This document shows positions 46,058 through 55,760 of a DNA stretch of 64,000 nt, piece by piece (position 1 is the stretch's first letter; every line of letters starts with the position of its first letter). Made by a program: the position numbers and the translations under genes. The DNA comes from Bacilli bacterium. GTDB lineage: Bacteria; Bacillota_I; Bacilli_A; RF39; UBA660. The notes under the pieces are model-generated. The model was not told the DNA's origin and ran no database searches. It was given only the letters and a program-made list of their open reading frames with translations. The stretch covers positions 1,658 to 65,657 of the forward strand of contig JAFUTV010000006.1 in assembly GCA_017484125.1 (NCBI GenBank), read 5' to 3'.

Positions 46058-48092
46058 CTACTATTTCTTGATCAAATTTATATTTAGGTTTAAAATGAGA
46101 AATTAATATAATGGTTTTATCTTTATACTCTGTAAAAATATCATTTATTATTTTATTGGCATCTTTTTCTGAAATTGCCGAAAATGTTTCATCAAATATT
46201 AAAATAGATGAATCTTTCAATAAATTTCTGGCAAGTATTATTCTTGCTTTTTCACCTCCTGATAAATTTGATGCATCTTCCATAATAAATGTATTTAATC
46301 TTAATTTTTTCTTATCTAATATTTCGTTTACTTGACATATTTCTAATACTTTGTTTAATTTATCTAAAAAAACGTCATTTCCTAATACAATATTATTATA
46401 AATAGTATCATTATATATTGATTCATCTTGAGAGACATAGGCAATATTTTTTCTTATTGTTTCTAAATTATAATCTAAAATATTTATATTATTAATACTT
46501 ATAGTTCCACTTATTGGTTCATATAATCTAAATAATAATTTAAATAAAGTAGATTTACCTGTTCCAGATGGCCCCATAACTAAAACCTTATTACCTTTAA
46601 TAATATTTAAAGAATAATTTTTAATAGGAAAGTCATACATATTATAAGAAAAATTTATATTATTAAAGAATATATTTCCATTACTAAAAGACTCTTTATT
46701 ACTTTCTTTTTCTTCTTCCTCCAACATTAAGAAATCATTTATTTTAATAAAGCTTCTTTTTATATATACATACTTTGGTATTAAATTTATTATTTCTTTA
46801 ATTGGGTCAATAAAATATAAATATAAAGAATTATAAGTTATTAAATCAATTAATTCTAACAAATTATTCATAATAAGTATAAATCCTAAAGTATTTAAAA
46901 CAAACAACCCTATTTCAACAATAAAATTATTAATAAAATTATATATATTTATTTTATTTTGAAATTTAAAACTATTTTCTAAATATGAAATAAGATTTTC
47001 TTCCAACTTATTATTTAAATAATTACCGTTATTTTTAATAGAAATTATATGTGCCAAATTATTAGTTAATGTAGAATTAAAATTTGTCTCTAAACTTATA
47101 TTATCTTCGACTAAATTATTAATTGGTTTTATCCATAAAATATTATTAATTAAATAAATACAAATAAGAACTAATAATACAATTGTTAATTTTTGGCTAA
47201 TAGCCATTAAGACAAAACAAGACGTTAGTGCTAAAAGTAAATTAAGAACTAATGTTATAAACATATTAGAAAATATTTCTTTGATATTATTTATTTCATT
47301 TACTCTGGTAGTTATTTCTCCAGTAGTTCTATTACTTATAGCATTTAAAGGAAGATTAAAGATATGACTAATAAAAGATGGCAATAGTTTAATATCAATA
47401 TTTTTATTTAAATATGTTTCATAATGCCCCTTTATATATGAAAGAAATATTTTAAGTAAAGTAATAATAGTAAATGTTAAAATAATAAATAGAGTTAAAG
47501 ATTTAATATTATTATCAATACTATTTAAAATACTTTTCATATAAAAAGAACTTAAAATAGATAATATAGTAAATATTATACTTGTTAATAACAAACTAAT
47601 TATTAACTTTTTATCTTCTTTTAAAAAATTAAGAAAAATATTAATAAGTTTATTATCTTGACTATAATTAACTATTTTAGAGATTGGACATAGTTCAATT
47701 ATTACATTTTTAAAATTATTTTTAAAAATATCTAATTTAACTTTTTTTAATCCCTTGGCTGGATCCATTATTAAAATATAATTTTTACATATCTTATATA
47801 TTACAACATAATGTCTTAAACCATTAGATAATTCCAAATATGCAATACATGGTAAAACAATTCTATTACTTAGCAACTCATCAAATGTGATTTTAATTCC
47901 ATGGCTATCAAAACCATATTTTTTTGAAGCTAATATTAAATTGTAAGCACTTATGCCTTTTTTATCAATGCATGTATCTATTTTTATTTTTTCTAATGAT
48001 ATATTACCATTATAATACTTAATAATAGATAATAAGCAAGCTGCCCCACAATCTCTAATGTCATGTTGTTTAATTGACACTTTATTTAGCAT
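46041..48092 (-). CDS. Bacteriocin-processing ABC transporter with an N-terminal C39 peptidase domain
   Basis: C39 Cys QHDIRDCGAACLLSI and His RHYVVIY. Six-TM region. Walker A GPSGTGKST, signature LSGGEKARI, Walker B ILIFDE. Confidence 0.9.
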   Translation of the reverse strand: MLNKVSIKQHDIRDCGAACLLSIIKYYNGNISLEKIKIDTCIDKKGISAYNLILASKKYGFDSHGIKITFDELLSNRIVLPCIAYLELSNGLRHYVVIYKICKNYILIMDPAKGLKKVKLDIFKNNFKNVIIELCPISKIVNYSQDNKLINIFLNFLKEDKKLIISLLLTSIIFTILSILSSFYMKSILNSIDNNIKSLTLFIILTFTIITLLKIFLSYIKGHYETYLNKNIDIKLLPSFISHIFNLPLNAISNRTTGEITTRVNEINNIKEIFSNMFITLVLNLLLALTSCFVLMAISQKLTIVLLVLICIYLINNILWIKPINNLVEDNISLETNFNSTLTNNLAHIISIKNNGNYLNNKLEENLISYLENSFKFQNKINIYNFINNFIVEIGLFVLNTLGFILIMNNLLELIDLITYNSLYLYFIDPIKEIINLIPKYVYIKRSFIKINDFLMLEEEEKESNKESFSNGNIFFNNINFSYNMYDFPIKNYSLNIIKGNKVLVMGPSGTGKSTLFKLLFRLYEPISGTISINNINILDYNLETIRKNIAYVSQDESIYNDTIYNNIVLGNDVFLDKLNKVLEICQVNEILDKKKLRLNTFIMEDASNLSGGEKARIILARNLLKDSSILIFDETFSAISEKDANKIINDIFTEYKDKTIILISHFKPKYKFDQEIVGDFND

Positions 48093-48186
48093 ACCTTATT
48101 TCTCCCTTCATAAGATATATTATAGATAAACTGTCAATTTCCTTTTTTTTCATAAAAAAAGTGAAAAATATATAATTTTACACTTT

Positions 48187-48903
48187 TTATTTTTTCTTAG
48201 CATCAATAACCATTTTTCTAACAGTATTAAGTTCTTTACGCAAATCCTTAGCCAAATTTGGATAGTTTTTAATTAAACGGTTACTCTTAAATTTAATTCT
48301 AGCCAATTGATCGTGATACCTTTTTTCAAATAATTTAGGTATTAATTTAATTTTTGCTTCCTTTAATTCTTCAGCAACTATTAATCTTGATTTTAAGTTA
48401 TAAGCAATTATTATTGACCAAATTAAATCAATAATAAATATAAACATAATAACACTAGATATTACTAAAGCTAAAATATCGTTTAAAGAGCCTAAAATAT
48501 TTGTTATTACTGGATTAATAAAATACATAACAATTAATGTTCCAATACCAAAATATATTGAATTACTTAAACATATTCTACCATTAATATTATCTGGTTT
48601 ATTTGAATAATCCCACCATTTATTATGAAATATTTTTTCAAAAATATAACTTGTATAATATTCTATTGCTGATGTTATAATCATTCCTAAAATTAAAATC
48701 ATTATTAGATTATCCAAAAAGTTTTTTAAACAATATACTATGGCAATAGAGCCAACTCCATATATTGGACAAATAGGTCCAAAAAGAAATCCCCTATTTA
48801 CAACCTTTTTTTGTTTATAACTACAATATATAACTTCAGCAAAATATCCAATAAAACTATATATAATAAATTGTAAAAAAATATCGGCTATTTTAAATAT
48901 CAT
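48187..48903 (-). CDS. Polytopic membrane protein, PF06541-like (putative ABC-transporter type IV / DUF1113)
   Basis: FIIYSFIGYFAEVIYCS..NRGFLFGPICPIYGVG matches my memory of that family's N-terminal motif. Confidence 0.6.
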   Translation of the reverse strand: MIFKIADIFLQFIIYSFIGYFAEVIYCSYKQKKVVNRGFLFGPICPIYGVGSIAIVYCLKNFLDNLIMILILGMIITSAIEYYTSYIFEKIFHNKWWDYSNKPDNINGRICLSNSIYFGIGTLIVMYFINPVITNILGSLNDILALVISSVIMFIFIIDLIWSIIIAYNLKSRLIVAEELKEAKIKLIPKLFEKRYHDQLARIKFKSNRLIKNYPNLAKDLRKELNTVRKMVIDAKKK

Positions 48904-50117
48904 TAATTTCCTCCAGTAAAGTTAACATTTGGACATTGGCCAGGATCAGTTAAACATACAATACATGTTTCATATTTACTTTCAACATCATCAAATCCAT
49001 CAATAACTTTAAATAATCCTAAAATAATAGATGGAGCAAAAAATACTAAAATACCTGCAACACTTCTTTGGGCAAATGTGATAAAACTTTTCTTTAGTGC
49101 ACCATCTTTGTTGTCAGCAACCGCTTTTGATATATCAAGCATACCCATCACAATCAAAATAATTGGTACAATTATTTTAGCAATAGTAATTAATATTCCA
49201 CCTAACTTAAACGCTGCAACAATTCTTGGATTTTCTTGTGGATTGCATATTTGTAAAAAGCCAATATCATTATTACTACTATTATTAGAATTACTTAAAT
49301 AGCTCTGATAATAAGGATTATCTTTAAGTTCTTCGTCACTTATACTAGATTTTATATCAGTTCCCATTTCGTCATTATATTCGTTAGTTGATATTTTATC
49401 TAAAGCCTTTTCAAAATTTTCTAAATTTCCTTTTGCTTTTTCGCAATTTTTTATTACTTGATCATATTCTTTATCGCTATTTGTTATAAGATATTGACTA
49501 ACATATCTTTTTGCAGTAGTAATATATGAATTTGCTAAACTAATTTTAGATGCAGTATCACTTTTACACTCTGAAAATCTAGTAGTTATTTTTTCACTAT
49601 TTCTACAATCATCAATACTAAATGTTGTTGATGCCCAACTGTTACAAGAATTAGCATACGATCCTAGTTCTTTTTTAGCACTATCTATTTGAGAATAATC
49701 TTTTGTATCTTCTGCTAATGTAGTACTTTGTAATATAGTGGATTTTTGTGAAGTTGCAGCACTTGATGAAGCATTTTGATCATAGTATGCCCAAACACTG
49801 GCTCCACCAATTCCGCCATAAGTCATATTAACATAATATGGACAATGACCAGTAGATTGATAAGAACTAACTACGCTACTCCAATTTGAAACACCTTCAG
49901 AATTATTTACTACCTTACCATCTGCTAGTGTAATTGTTGCATCGGCACTATTATCAGTATATATTCTAATAGTTACAGCACCTTGTCCTGCCATAGTATT
50001 ACCTGCATTATTATAACTACAAACCTTACTTGCAGTTTTAGCTTCGACATTACTAATTAACATAAATATTGCAAAAATAAATAATACTAAATAATTAATT
50101 TTTTTCATAACTATCAA
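48903..50117 (-). CDS. Secreted Cys-containing protein with two C-terminal TM helices, function unknown
   Basis: Signal peptide ..MLISNVEA/KT. C-terminal helices are GGILITIAKIIVPIILIVMGML and VAGILVFFAPSIILGLF. Its stop overlaps the next ATG (TAATG). Confidence 0.6.
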   Translation of the reverse strand: MIVMKKINYLVLFIFAIFMLISNVEAKTASKVCSYNNAGNTMAGQGAVTIRIYTDNSADATITLADGKVVNNSEGVSNWSSVVSSYQSTGHCPYYVNMTYGGIGGASVWAYYDQNASSSAATSQKSTILQSTTLAEDTKDYSQIDSAKKELGSYANSCNSWASTTFSIDDCRNSEKITTRFSECKSDTASKISLANSYITTAKRYVSQYLITNSDKEYDQVIKNCEKAKGNLENFEKALDKISTNEYNDEMGTDIKSSISDEELKDNPYYQSYLSNSNNSSNNDIGFLQICNPQENPRIVAAFKLGGILITIAKIIVPIILIVMGMLDISKAVADNKDGALKKSFITFAQRSVAGILVFFAPSIILGLFKVIDGFDDVESKYETCIVCLTDPGQCPNVNFTGGN

Positions 50118-50204
50118 CTCTTCATTATAATTATACCATAAAAATATGTATTTTCTATCATAAATATATCTTACTATACATAAATATTATTAGGTGATTA
50201 AAAA

Positions 50205-50690
50205 GTGAATAAACAAAAATTGTGGTATATATCCTTATTTAGCATTATTTTAATTCTTTGTATTTATTATATTTCTATTCCAAGTAATATATTTGAAAGT
50301 GTTGAACCTACTATTTCAGAAAGTGTTGAAACTATTGAAGTAAATGAATCAAGTGACTTAGTCGGACTTAGAGTGGAAAATGATGAAACAGTTTTAGCAG
50401 AAATAGAAAATTTACAAGGTATTATTGTAGATAATACTAAAAGTGTTGAAGAAAAAAATTTAGCTTATGAACAATTAAAAACAATTAATCAAAATAAAGG
50501 AAGACAAGAAGAAATAGAAAATTTAATAAAAAAAGAATTTAATTACGATTCATTTGTAAAGATAGATAATGATCAAATTAGTATTATTATTAAAGAAAAA
50601 AATCATAATAAAGAACTTGCAAATAACATTATTAAAAGGGTTCAAAGTTTATTTAATGATAAAAAATATATAACTGTCAAATTTAATTAA
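50205..50690 (+). CDS. SpoIIIAH-like sporulation protein
   Basis: GTG start and N-terminal TM. C-terminus ..KNLAYEQLKTINQNKGRQEEIENLIKKEFNYDSFVKIDNDQISIIIK..ANNIIKRVQ.. follows the SpoIIIAH pattern. Confidence 0.55.
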   Translation: MNKQKLWYISLFSIILILCIYYISIPSNIFESVEPTISESVETIEVNESSDLVGLRVENDETVLAEIENLQGIIVDNTKSVEEKNLAYEQLKTINQNKGRQEEIENLIKKEFNYDSFVKIDNDQISIIIKEKNHNKELANNIIKRVQSLFNDKKYITVKFN

Positions 50691-50739
50691 TTAACATGTA
50701 AAAGAAATAATTCATACAATAAATTAGAGAGTGATTTGT

Positions 50740-50946
50740 ATGAAAAGTAAAGTATTAACCAATCGTGAAAAACAAGTATTTGATTTACTAATAACTAATG
50801 CTACAACTAAAGATATATCAAATATATTAAAAATTAGTGAAAAAACAGTTCGTAATCATATATCAAATGTTATACAAAAATTAGGAGTTAAAGGTCGTGC
50901 TCAAGCCATTATAGAATTAATTAGACTTGACGAACTAAATTTATAG
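50740..50946 (+). CDS. gerE: LuxR-type HTH sporulation regulator GerE
   Basis: Likely start MKSKVLTNREKQVFDLL..TKDISNILKISEKTVRNHISNVIQKLGVKGRAQAIIELIRLDELNL. This is near-collinear with B. subtilis GerE. Confidence 0.75.
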   Translation: MKSKVLTNREKQVFDLLITNATTKDISNILKISEKTVRNHISNVIQKLGVKGRAQAIIELIRLDELNL

Positions 50947-50966
50947 GTCTTATTAAGACCTTTTTT
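50945..50966 (+). terminator. Rho-independent terminator after gerE
   Basis: AGGTCTT-att-AAGACCT followed by TTTTTT. Confidence 0.65.
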
Positions 50967-50995
50967 AATATAATTTATAAAGAGGATTTGAAAGT

Positions 50996-51913
50996 ATGTT
51001 AAAAAAAGCTATTAAAAAAAGAATTATAATAACATTTATGACTTTATTTATTATATTGATAATTTATTTAATTCCAGTTAATAAAAACTACGAAAAAACT
51101 ATTACTTTAAATAAAAATGTAAATTATGTGTATTTATTAAATAATAAAAATATGCTAATTAGAGCAAACGTTATTGGTAGTAATTCTAATCAAGATATAT
51201 TAAATAAAGTGAAAGAAATAGTTGATTCTCTAACAGTAAATAGTAAAACAAGTAATTATATAAATGATAAATTAAAACCTATAATACCAGAAAATACTAA
51301 AGTATTAGATTTATCGTTAAATGATAATATTTTAAAAATAAATTTTAGTAAAGAACTTTTAAATATAAATGAAAAGTTAGAAGAAAAGTTAATAGAATCT
51401 TTAGTTTATTCTATAACAGAAATAGATAGAATAAAAAATTTAATGATATTTGTAGATGGTAATTCTTTAACAAAACTTCCTCACTCTAATAAGAGTTTAC
51501 CTATACTATTAAATAGAGACTATGGAATAAATAAAGTATATGATATTACTACTATATCAAATACAAGTAAATATACTATTTATTACTATACTAATATTGA
51601 AGAAAATTATAATGCAGTACCAGTAACAATATTTACAAATAATAGTGATGATAAAATTGAAGTTATTATTAAAAATTTAAAATCATCTAATATATATCAA
51701 AGTGATTTGGTGTCATTTTTATCTACTAATACAAAACTATTGGACTATGAAATAAAAGAAAATAAGATTAAATTAAATTTTAATCAATACTTATTAGACA
51801 CTTTTTATGATGACTCATTAATTGAAGAAGTAAAATATGCAATATCTAATTCTATTAAAGATTCTTTAGGGATTAACGAAATAGATATGTTAGTTAATGG
51901 TAAAAAAATATAA
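50996..51913 (+). CDS. GerM-like (GerMN-domain) germination/sporulation protein
   Basis: N-terminal TM and two repeated halves (..LDLSLNDNILKINFSKELL.. and ..YEIKENKIKLNFNQYLL..) of the GerMN type. Adjacent to gerE. Confidence 0.45.
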   Translation: MLKKAIKKRIIITFMTLFIILIIYLIPVNKNYEKTITLNKNVNYVYLLNNKNMLIRANVIGSNSNQDILNKVKEIVDSLTVNSKTSNYINDKLKPIIPENTKVLDLSLNDNILKINFSKELLNINEKLEEKLIESLVYSITEIDRIKNLMIFVDGNSLTKLPHSNKSLPILLNRDYGINKVYDITTISNTSKYTIYYYTNIEENYNAVPVTIFTNNSDDKIEVIIKNLKSSNIYQSDLVSFLSTNTKLLDYEIKENKIKLNFNQYLLDTFYDDSLIEEVKYAISNSIKDSLGINEIDMLVNGKKI

Positions 51914-51940
51914 CTTACATTTTATGTAAGTTATTTTTTT
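51912..51940. terminator. Bidirectional terminator between convergent genes
   Basis: AACTTACAT-ttt-ATGTAAGTT followed by ATTTTTTT. The stem overlaps both stop codons. Confidence 0.55.
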
Positions 51941-52800
51941 AATACTCTTTTAATTAATTCTTGATTATTATCAAATTTAATTGCATTTGGAATTACTTCA
52001 ATATTAAATATATTAGAAATATATGATTCTCCATCTATATTACATTCCATATAATAATTTGAATTTATAGTAATCTTATTTGTAGAAATTTTTCTTACAA
52101 ATTTGCTTTTTTCATGGGAAGCATCTTTCATGCTTAAAATTGTTTTAGCCATTTCTAATTTCTTCATTTCCTCAACTAAATAAACATCTAACAATCCATC
52201 ATTTAATAAAGCACTTGGTGCAATTTTATAGCCACCACCATAATATTTGCCATTACAAACAGCAATAGTAGTAAAATTACCTTTAATAAGTTCATCATTA
52301 ACAAATACATCAAAATATTTAGGATTATATTTTAGAAAGTGATATAAAACGCTAGCATTATATCTTTGCGATGATGGAATTAAATTATTATGAATAAAAG
52401 AATCATCATTAGCAATTTCAGCATCAATTCCAAAACAAGCAACATTAATATAATATTTATCATTAATTTTAACAATATCTAAATTTTGAATACCAGCTTT
52501 TAAGCTTTCTTTAACACTTCTATCTAAGTCATTTCCTGTACCATATGGAATATATCCTAACATATTATTAGTACCTACTATTTCATTTAAAACTCTATTT
52601 ATCATGCCATCTCCACCAACAGCATAAATAATATGATTACCATATTTATATTTATTTAATATATCATGAGTTGTATTTGCATTACTATTATTTTCAATAA
52701 TAAAATCATAATTATTATAAATACAAGCATATGCAATGTCATGTTCAATTTTACTAGTATCTTTTTGACCAAACTTATTTAATATAAATACATATTTCAT
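51931..52800 (-). CDS. Diacylglycerol/lipid kinase family protein (DagK/YegS-like)
   Basis: GGDGMINRVLNE motif plus ..YIPYGTGNDLDR... 289 aa. Confidence 0.8.
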   Translation of the reverse strand: MKYVFILNKFGQKDTSKIEHDIAYACIYNNYDFIIENNSNANTTHDILNKYKYGNHIIYAVGGDGMINRVLNEIVGTNNMLGYIPYGTGNDLDRSVKESLKAGIQNLDIVKINDKYYINVACFGIDAEIANDDSFIHNNLIPSSQRYNASVLYHFLKYNPKYFDVFVNDELIKGNFTTIAVCNGKYYGGGYKIAPSALLNDGLLDVYLVEEMKKLEMAKTILSMKDASHEKSKFVRKISTNKITINSNYYMECNIDGESYISNIFNIEVIPNAIKFDNNQELIKRVLKK

Positions 52801-52908
52801 TAAAACCCTCCATTATATTATAAAATAAGAATCTAATTAAGATTGTCTTCTTTAAAAAATATATTATCAACAATATTTAATATTTCATTTAACTTAATAA
52901 TAATATTA

Positions 52909-53838
52909 TTATTTAATTCTTTTTAATTTACTTATAAATCTACTTATGCCTTTAGAATTTTTTTGCTCATTTTCTTTTATTTCCTTTTCAGCTATAATTC
53001 TATCATATATTTTTTTGTCTGCACCAGCTGCAATTAAAATATCAATAGTCTCTTGACTACAATCATTTTTAGCAGCCCATTTAATTGCAAAATTATCTTC
53101 ATCTGTCACATTAGCACCTGCTTTAATTAATATTTTTATTATTTTAGGATAGTCATACCATGCAGCGTATCTTACAGCATTATTATGATCGGCAGTTACA
53201 TCAGCACCTGCCTTGATTAAAGAAGTTACACAATTTTCAAACCCATTACATGCAGCCCATTTAATAGCATGATTGTCATCAATAGTAACATCAACACCAT
53301 CTTCAATTAGTATATCTATCATTTTTGTATAAATAATTTCATTTAATTGATGCATTCTATCTTCTTTTTGTGATTTTTTTAACTCCACTTCACTTATAAT
53401 CTCTATATTTTTTTCTTTTTCTATAGTCAAAATTAGTTCAAATAATGTTGGTGAGTGTAATGAATAATTATCCAAAATTAATCTTAATCTTCTCTCGGAT
53501 TCCCCATATTTCTCGTTGTACCATTTTTCAATTATTTTATTATTAATAAAATTACTTTTCGAAAATGCTTGATTATTTGATGTTTGATTTTCTTTATGTT
53601 GATTAATTTTATATGACAATTGCGAATATCTTAATTCTGTCAAAAACAGCATAAGTATGCTATTATCATTTAAATTATTATCATTAATATATTCTTGATA
53701 AGTATCAGCAAAACACTTTATATTTTCATAATTTGATAAATCTTTTTCCCTTAAAAATTCAATATTATCATCAAAAAAAGTGGCTAATACTTTTTTATCT
53801 TCTTTCGAAAGAACTACTTCTTCATCATTAATAGTCAT
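52909..53838 (-). CDS. Ankyrin-repeat protein (cytoplasmic)
   Basis: Three consecutive repeats: DNHAIKWAACNGFENCVTSLIKAGADVT / HNNAVRYAAWYDYPKIIKILIKAGANVT / DNFAIKWAAKNDCSQETIDILIAAGAD. Confidence 0.8.
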   Translation of the reverse strand: MTINDEEVVLSKEDKKVLATFFDDNIEFLREKDLSNYENIKCFADTYQEYINDNNLNDNSILMLFLTELRYSQLSYKINQHKENQTSNNQAFSKSNFINNKIIEKWYNEKYGESERRLRLILDNYSLHSPTLFELILTIEKEKNIEIISEVELKKSQKEDRMHQLNEIIYTKMIDILIEDGVDVTIDDNHAIKWAACNGFENCVTSLIKAGADVTADHNNAVRYAAWYDYPKIIKILIKAGANVTDEDNFAIKWAAKNDCSQETIDILIAAGADKKIYDRIIAEKEIKENEQKNSKGISRFISKLKRIK

Positions 53839-53936
53839 TTAAAACCCTCCAATATCAGTTATAACATCGAAACTTATTATACCAAATAATTATTCAATTT
53901 AAAACTACATTATAATAATATTAATATAATCTTTAA

Positions 53937-54626
53937 TTAGTTATAAAATTTTGAACTACTAAATTTGCTCTTTTTCTTTTGAAATGCTTCATCTAATTCG
54001 TTATATACCTCTTCTTCATCATATTGAATTAACATCATAAAATCGTTTAGTTCATCGATAAATTTTTGATTGTTAGAATTTTGTGCTATTGACATTATTA
54101 ATGGTATTGTCATAGATAATTCAATTCTTTTTTTACCATATGGTTTAAAATCGTCAATAGTTGTATTTTTAATATCATTATAAAGTTTTTGACATTCACT
54201 TGTAGAACAATATTCTTCTTTAGTGCATTTAGAAATATTTGTTGGCTTATATATTTCATAATATAAATCTTTATCAAATCTCATCATTAACGATGGATCA
54301 TATACATAATTATCCATTTCTATCCAACCATGACCTGCATCATCTTTTCCATATCTTAATTCTAAATCTTTATTATCAGCTCGAACCAAGAGTGCATCAT
54401 CAAAACAAAAAAACATATATAAACTTCTATCATAACATTTACTTGGACCAACTATTGGCTTTAAATACTTAATATGAATAGATACTGGTAATCCACTAAT
54501 ATAAGTATGATTTAATTTTTCATAGAATTCATCATCAAACGGAATAATTTTTTTATCAGCAATACCTTTATTTAAAAGTAATTGCATTTTGCTAAAATAT
54601 AAACTCTTTTTAATATTATCAAACAT
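53937..54626 (-). CDS. Transglutaminase/papain-like (Cys-His-Asp) family protein, tandem paralog 2
   Basis: SKCYDRSLYM .. DDAGHGWIEMDNYVYDPS. Aligns with its neighbour at all three putative catalytic residues. No signal peptide. Confidence 0.6.
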   Translation of the reverse strand: MFDNIKKSLYFSKMQLLLNKGIADKKIIPFDDEFYEKLNHTYISGLPVSIHIKYLKPIVGPSKCYDRSLYMFFCFDDALLVRADNKDLELRYGKDDAGHGWIEMDNYVYDPSLMMRFDKDLYYEIYKPTNISKCTKEEYCSTSECQKLYNDIKNTTIDDFKPYGKKRIELSMTIPLIMSIAQNSNNQKFIDELNDFMMLIQYDEEEVYNELDEAFQKKKSKFSSSKFYN

Positions 54627-54627
54627 A

Positions 54628-55332
54628 TTATCTTTTCAACCCTAATCTTTTCATATCATCATCTATTTCTTTATATACATCGTCATAATTAATTACTTTT
54701 TTAAAATGTTCTACTTCTCTTTGTAATAATTCTATTCCTATATGAGAATACATTTCTGTTGGTCTTCCATAAGTCATTTCAATCATTGGTAATATTAATG
54801 GAGTAGCATATTTATCTCTTTTGATATCTTCAGGATGATAGTATTCATCAGATTTAACAAATTCAATTATAGAACTTTTTTTGTTTATTTTTCTTATTTT
54901 TGGGTGTTCCATTAGCCAATATAATCTCTTATCATAAACAAATCCAGATGAAGTATCATAAATAAGATGCTCTCCATCTTTCGTAATTCTTTCTACAATA
55001 CAATGATCTGCAAATAAAGGATCATCTTTACCAGCAAACTGTGGATTTAATTTTAAACTATCAATAGTTGCATAAACTAATTGCACATCATCTTCATCAT
55101 CTAAAAATGCTTTTGACATAAGTAATGCTCTATCATAACAATAACCATTTGACATACCATCAGATAATAATAATATTGACGCAGGAATACCACCATAATA
55201 AATGTTTCTTAATTTATCTATTAAATTATCATCATATAGTTTAATAAAACCATTTTTTAATCCCCATACTAACAAATGTTTATATTTATACTTATACAAT
55301 TTCCATTTTAATTCTTGTAATTTTGTATTCAC
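54628..55332 (-). CDS. Transglutaminase/papain-like (Cys-His-Asp) family protein, tandem paralog 1
   Basis: NGYCYDRALLM .. FADHCIVERITKDGEHLIYDTS. Only 1 nt separates it from paralog 2. Confidence 0.6.
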   Translation of the reverse strand: MNTKLQELKWKLYKYKYKHLLVWGLKNGFIKLYDDNLIDKLRNIYYGGIPASILLLSDGMSNGYCYDRALLMSKAFLDDEDDVQLVYATIDSLKLNPQFAGKDDPLFADHCIVERITKDGEHLIYDTSSGFVYDKRLYWLMEHPKIRKINKKSSIIEFVKSDEYYHPEDIKRDKYATPLILPMIEMTYGRPTEMYSHIGIELLQREVEHFKKVINYDDVYKEIDDDMKRLGLKR

Positions 55333-55425
55333 AGAAAACCCACCTTTTTAAAATAATCTATATAATACTATAAAAAGGATATTTTTGCAAATAGTATCCT
55401 TTTTATCATAATTCAGACTTTAAAT

Positions 55426-55453
55426 GAAAAAACAATCAATTATTTTGATTGTT
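55426..55453 (-). terminator. Rho-independent terminator after the tRNA pair
   Basis: Minus strand: AACAATCAA-aataa-TTGATTGTT followed by TTTTT. Confidence 0.6.
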
Positions 55454-55493
55454 TATATATTTAATGTTCGAATAACTCGAACAGATTTCCCTA

Positions 55494-55569
55494 TGGTGCC
55501 GGAGAAAGGAATCAAACCTCTAACCTACTGATTACGATTCAGTTGCTCTATCAATTGAGCTACTCCGGC
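55494..55569 (-). tRNA. tRNA-Thr (anticodon CGT), CCA encoded
   Basis: GCCGGAGTAGCTCAATTGATAGAGCAACTGAATCGTAATCAGTAGGTTAGAGGTTTGATTCCTTTCTCCGGCACCA. Cloverleaf folded by hand: anticodon stem ACTGA/TCAGT, loop ATCGTAA. Confidence 0.9.
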
Positions 55570-55571
55570 AA

Positions 55572-55647
55572 TGGTGGACCCTTAGGGATTCGAACCCTAG
55601 ACCCACTGATTAAGAGTCAGTTGCTCTACCAACTGAGCTAAGGGTCC
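55572..55647 (-). tRNA. tRNA-Lys (anticodon CTT), CCA encoded
   Basis: GGACCCTTAGCTCAGTTGGTAGAGCAACTGACTCTTAATCAGTGGGTCTAGGGTTCGAATCCCTAAGGGTCCACCA. Anticodon loop CTCTTAA. Confidence 0.9.
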
Positions 55648-55664
55648 ATTTGCATTACTTAATT

Positions 55665-55673
55665 ATTATATCA
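55665..55673 (-). promoter_or_regulatory. Candidate promoter of the tRNA pair (extended -10 TGaTATAAT)
   Basis: Minus strand ..TTGTATacttttttaaaaaataTGaTATAATaattaag.., about 17 nt before tRNA-Lys. Confidence 0.35.
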
Positions 55674-55713
55674 TATTTTTTAAAAAAGTATACAAAAAAA
55701 TAATTATCTTAAA

Positions 55714-55742
55714 TAAAAAAGAAGATAACAATAATTATCTTC
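55714..55742 (-). terminator. Rho-independent terminator of thrS
   Basis: Minus strand: GAAGATAA-ttattg-TTATCTTC followed by TTTTTT. Confidence 0.65.
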
Positions 55743-55760
55743 AATTTCATTTATTTAATA

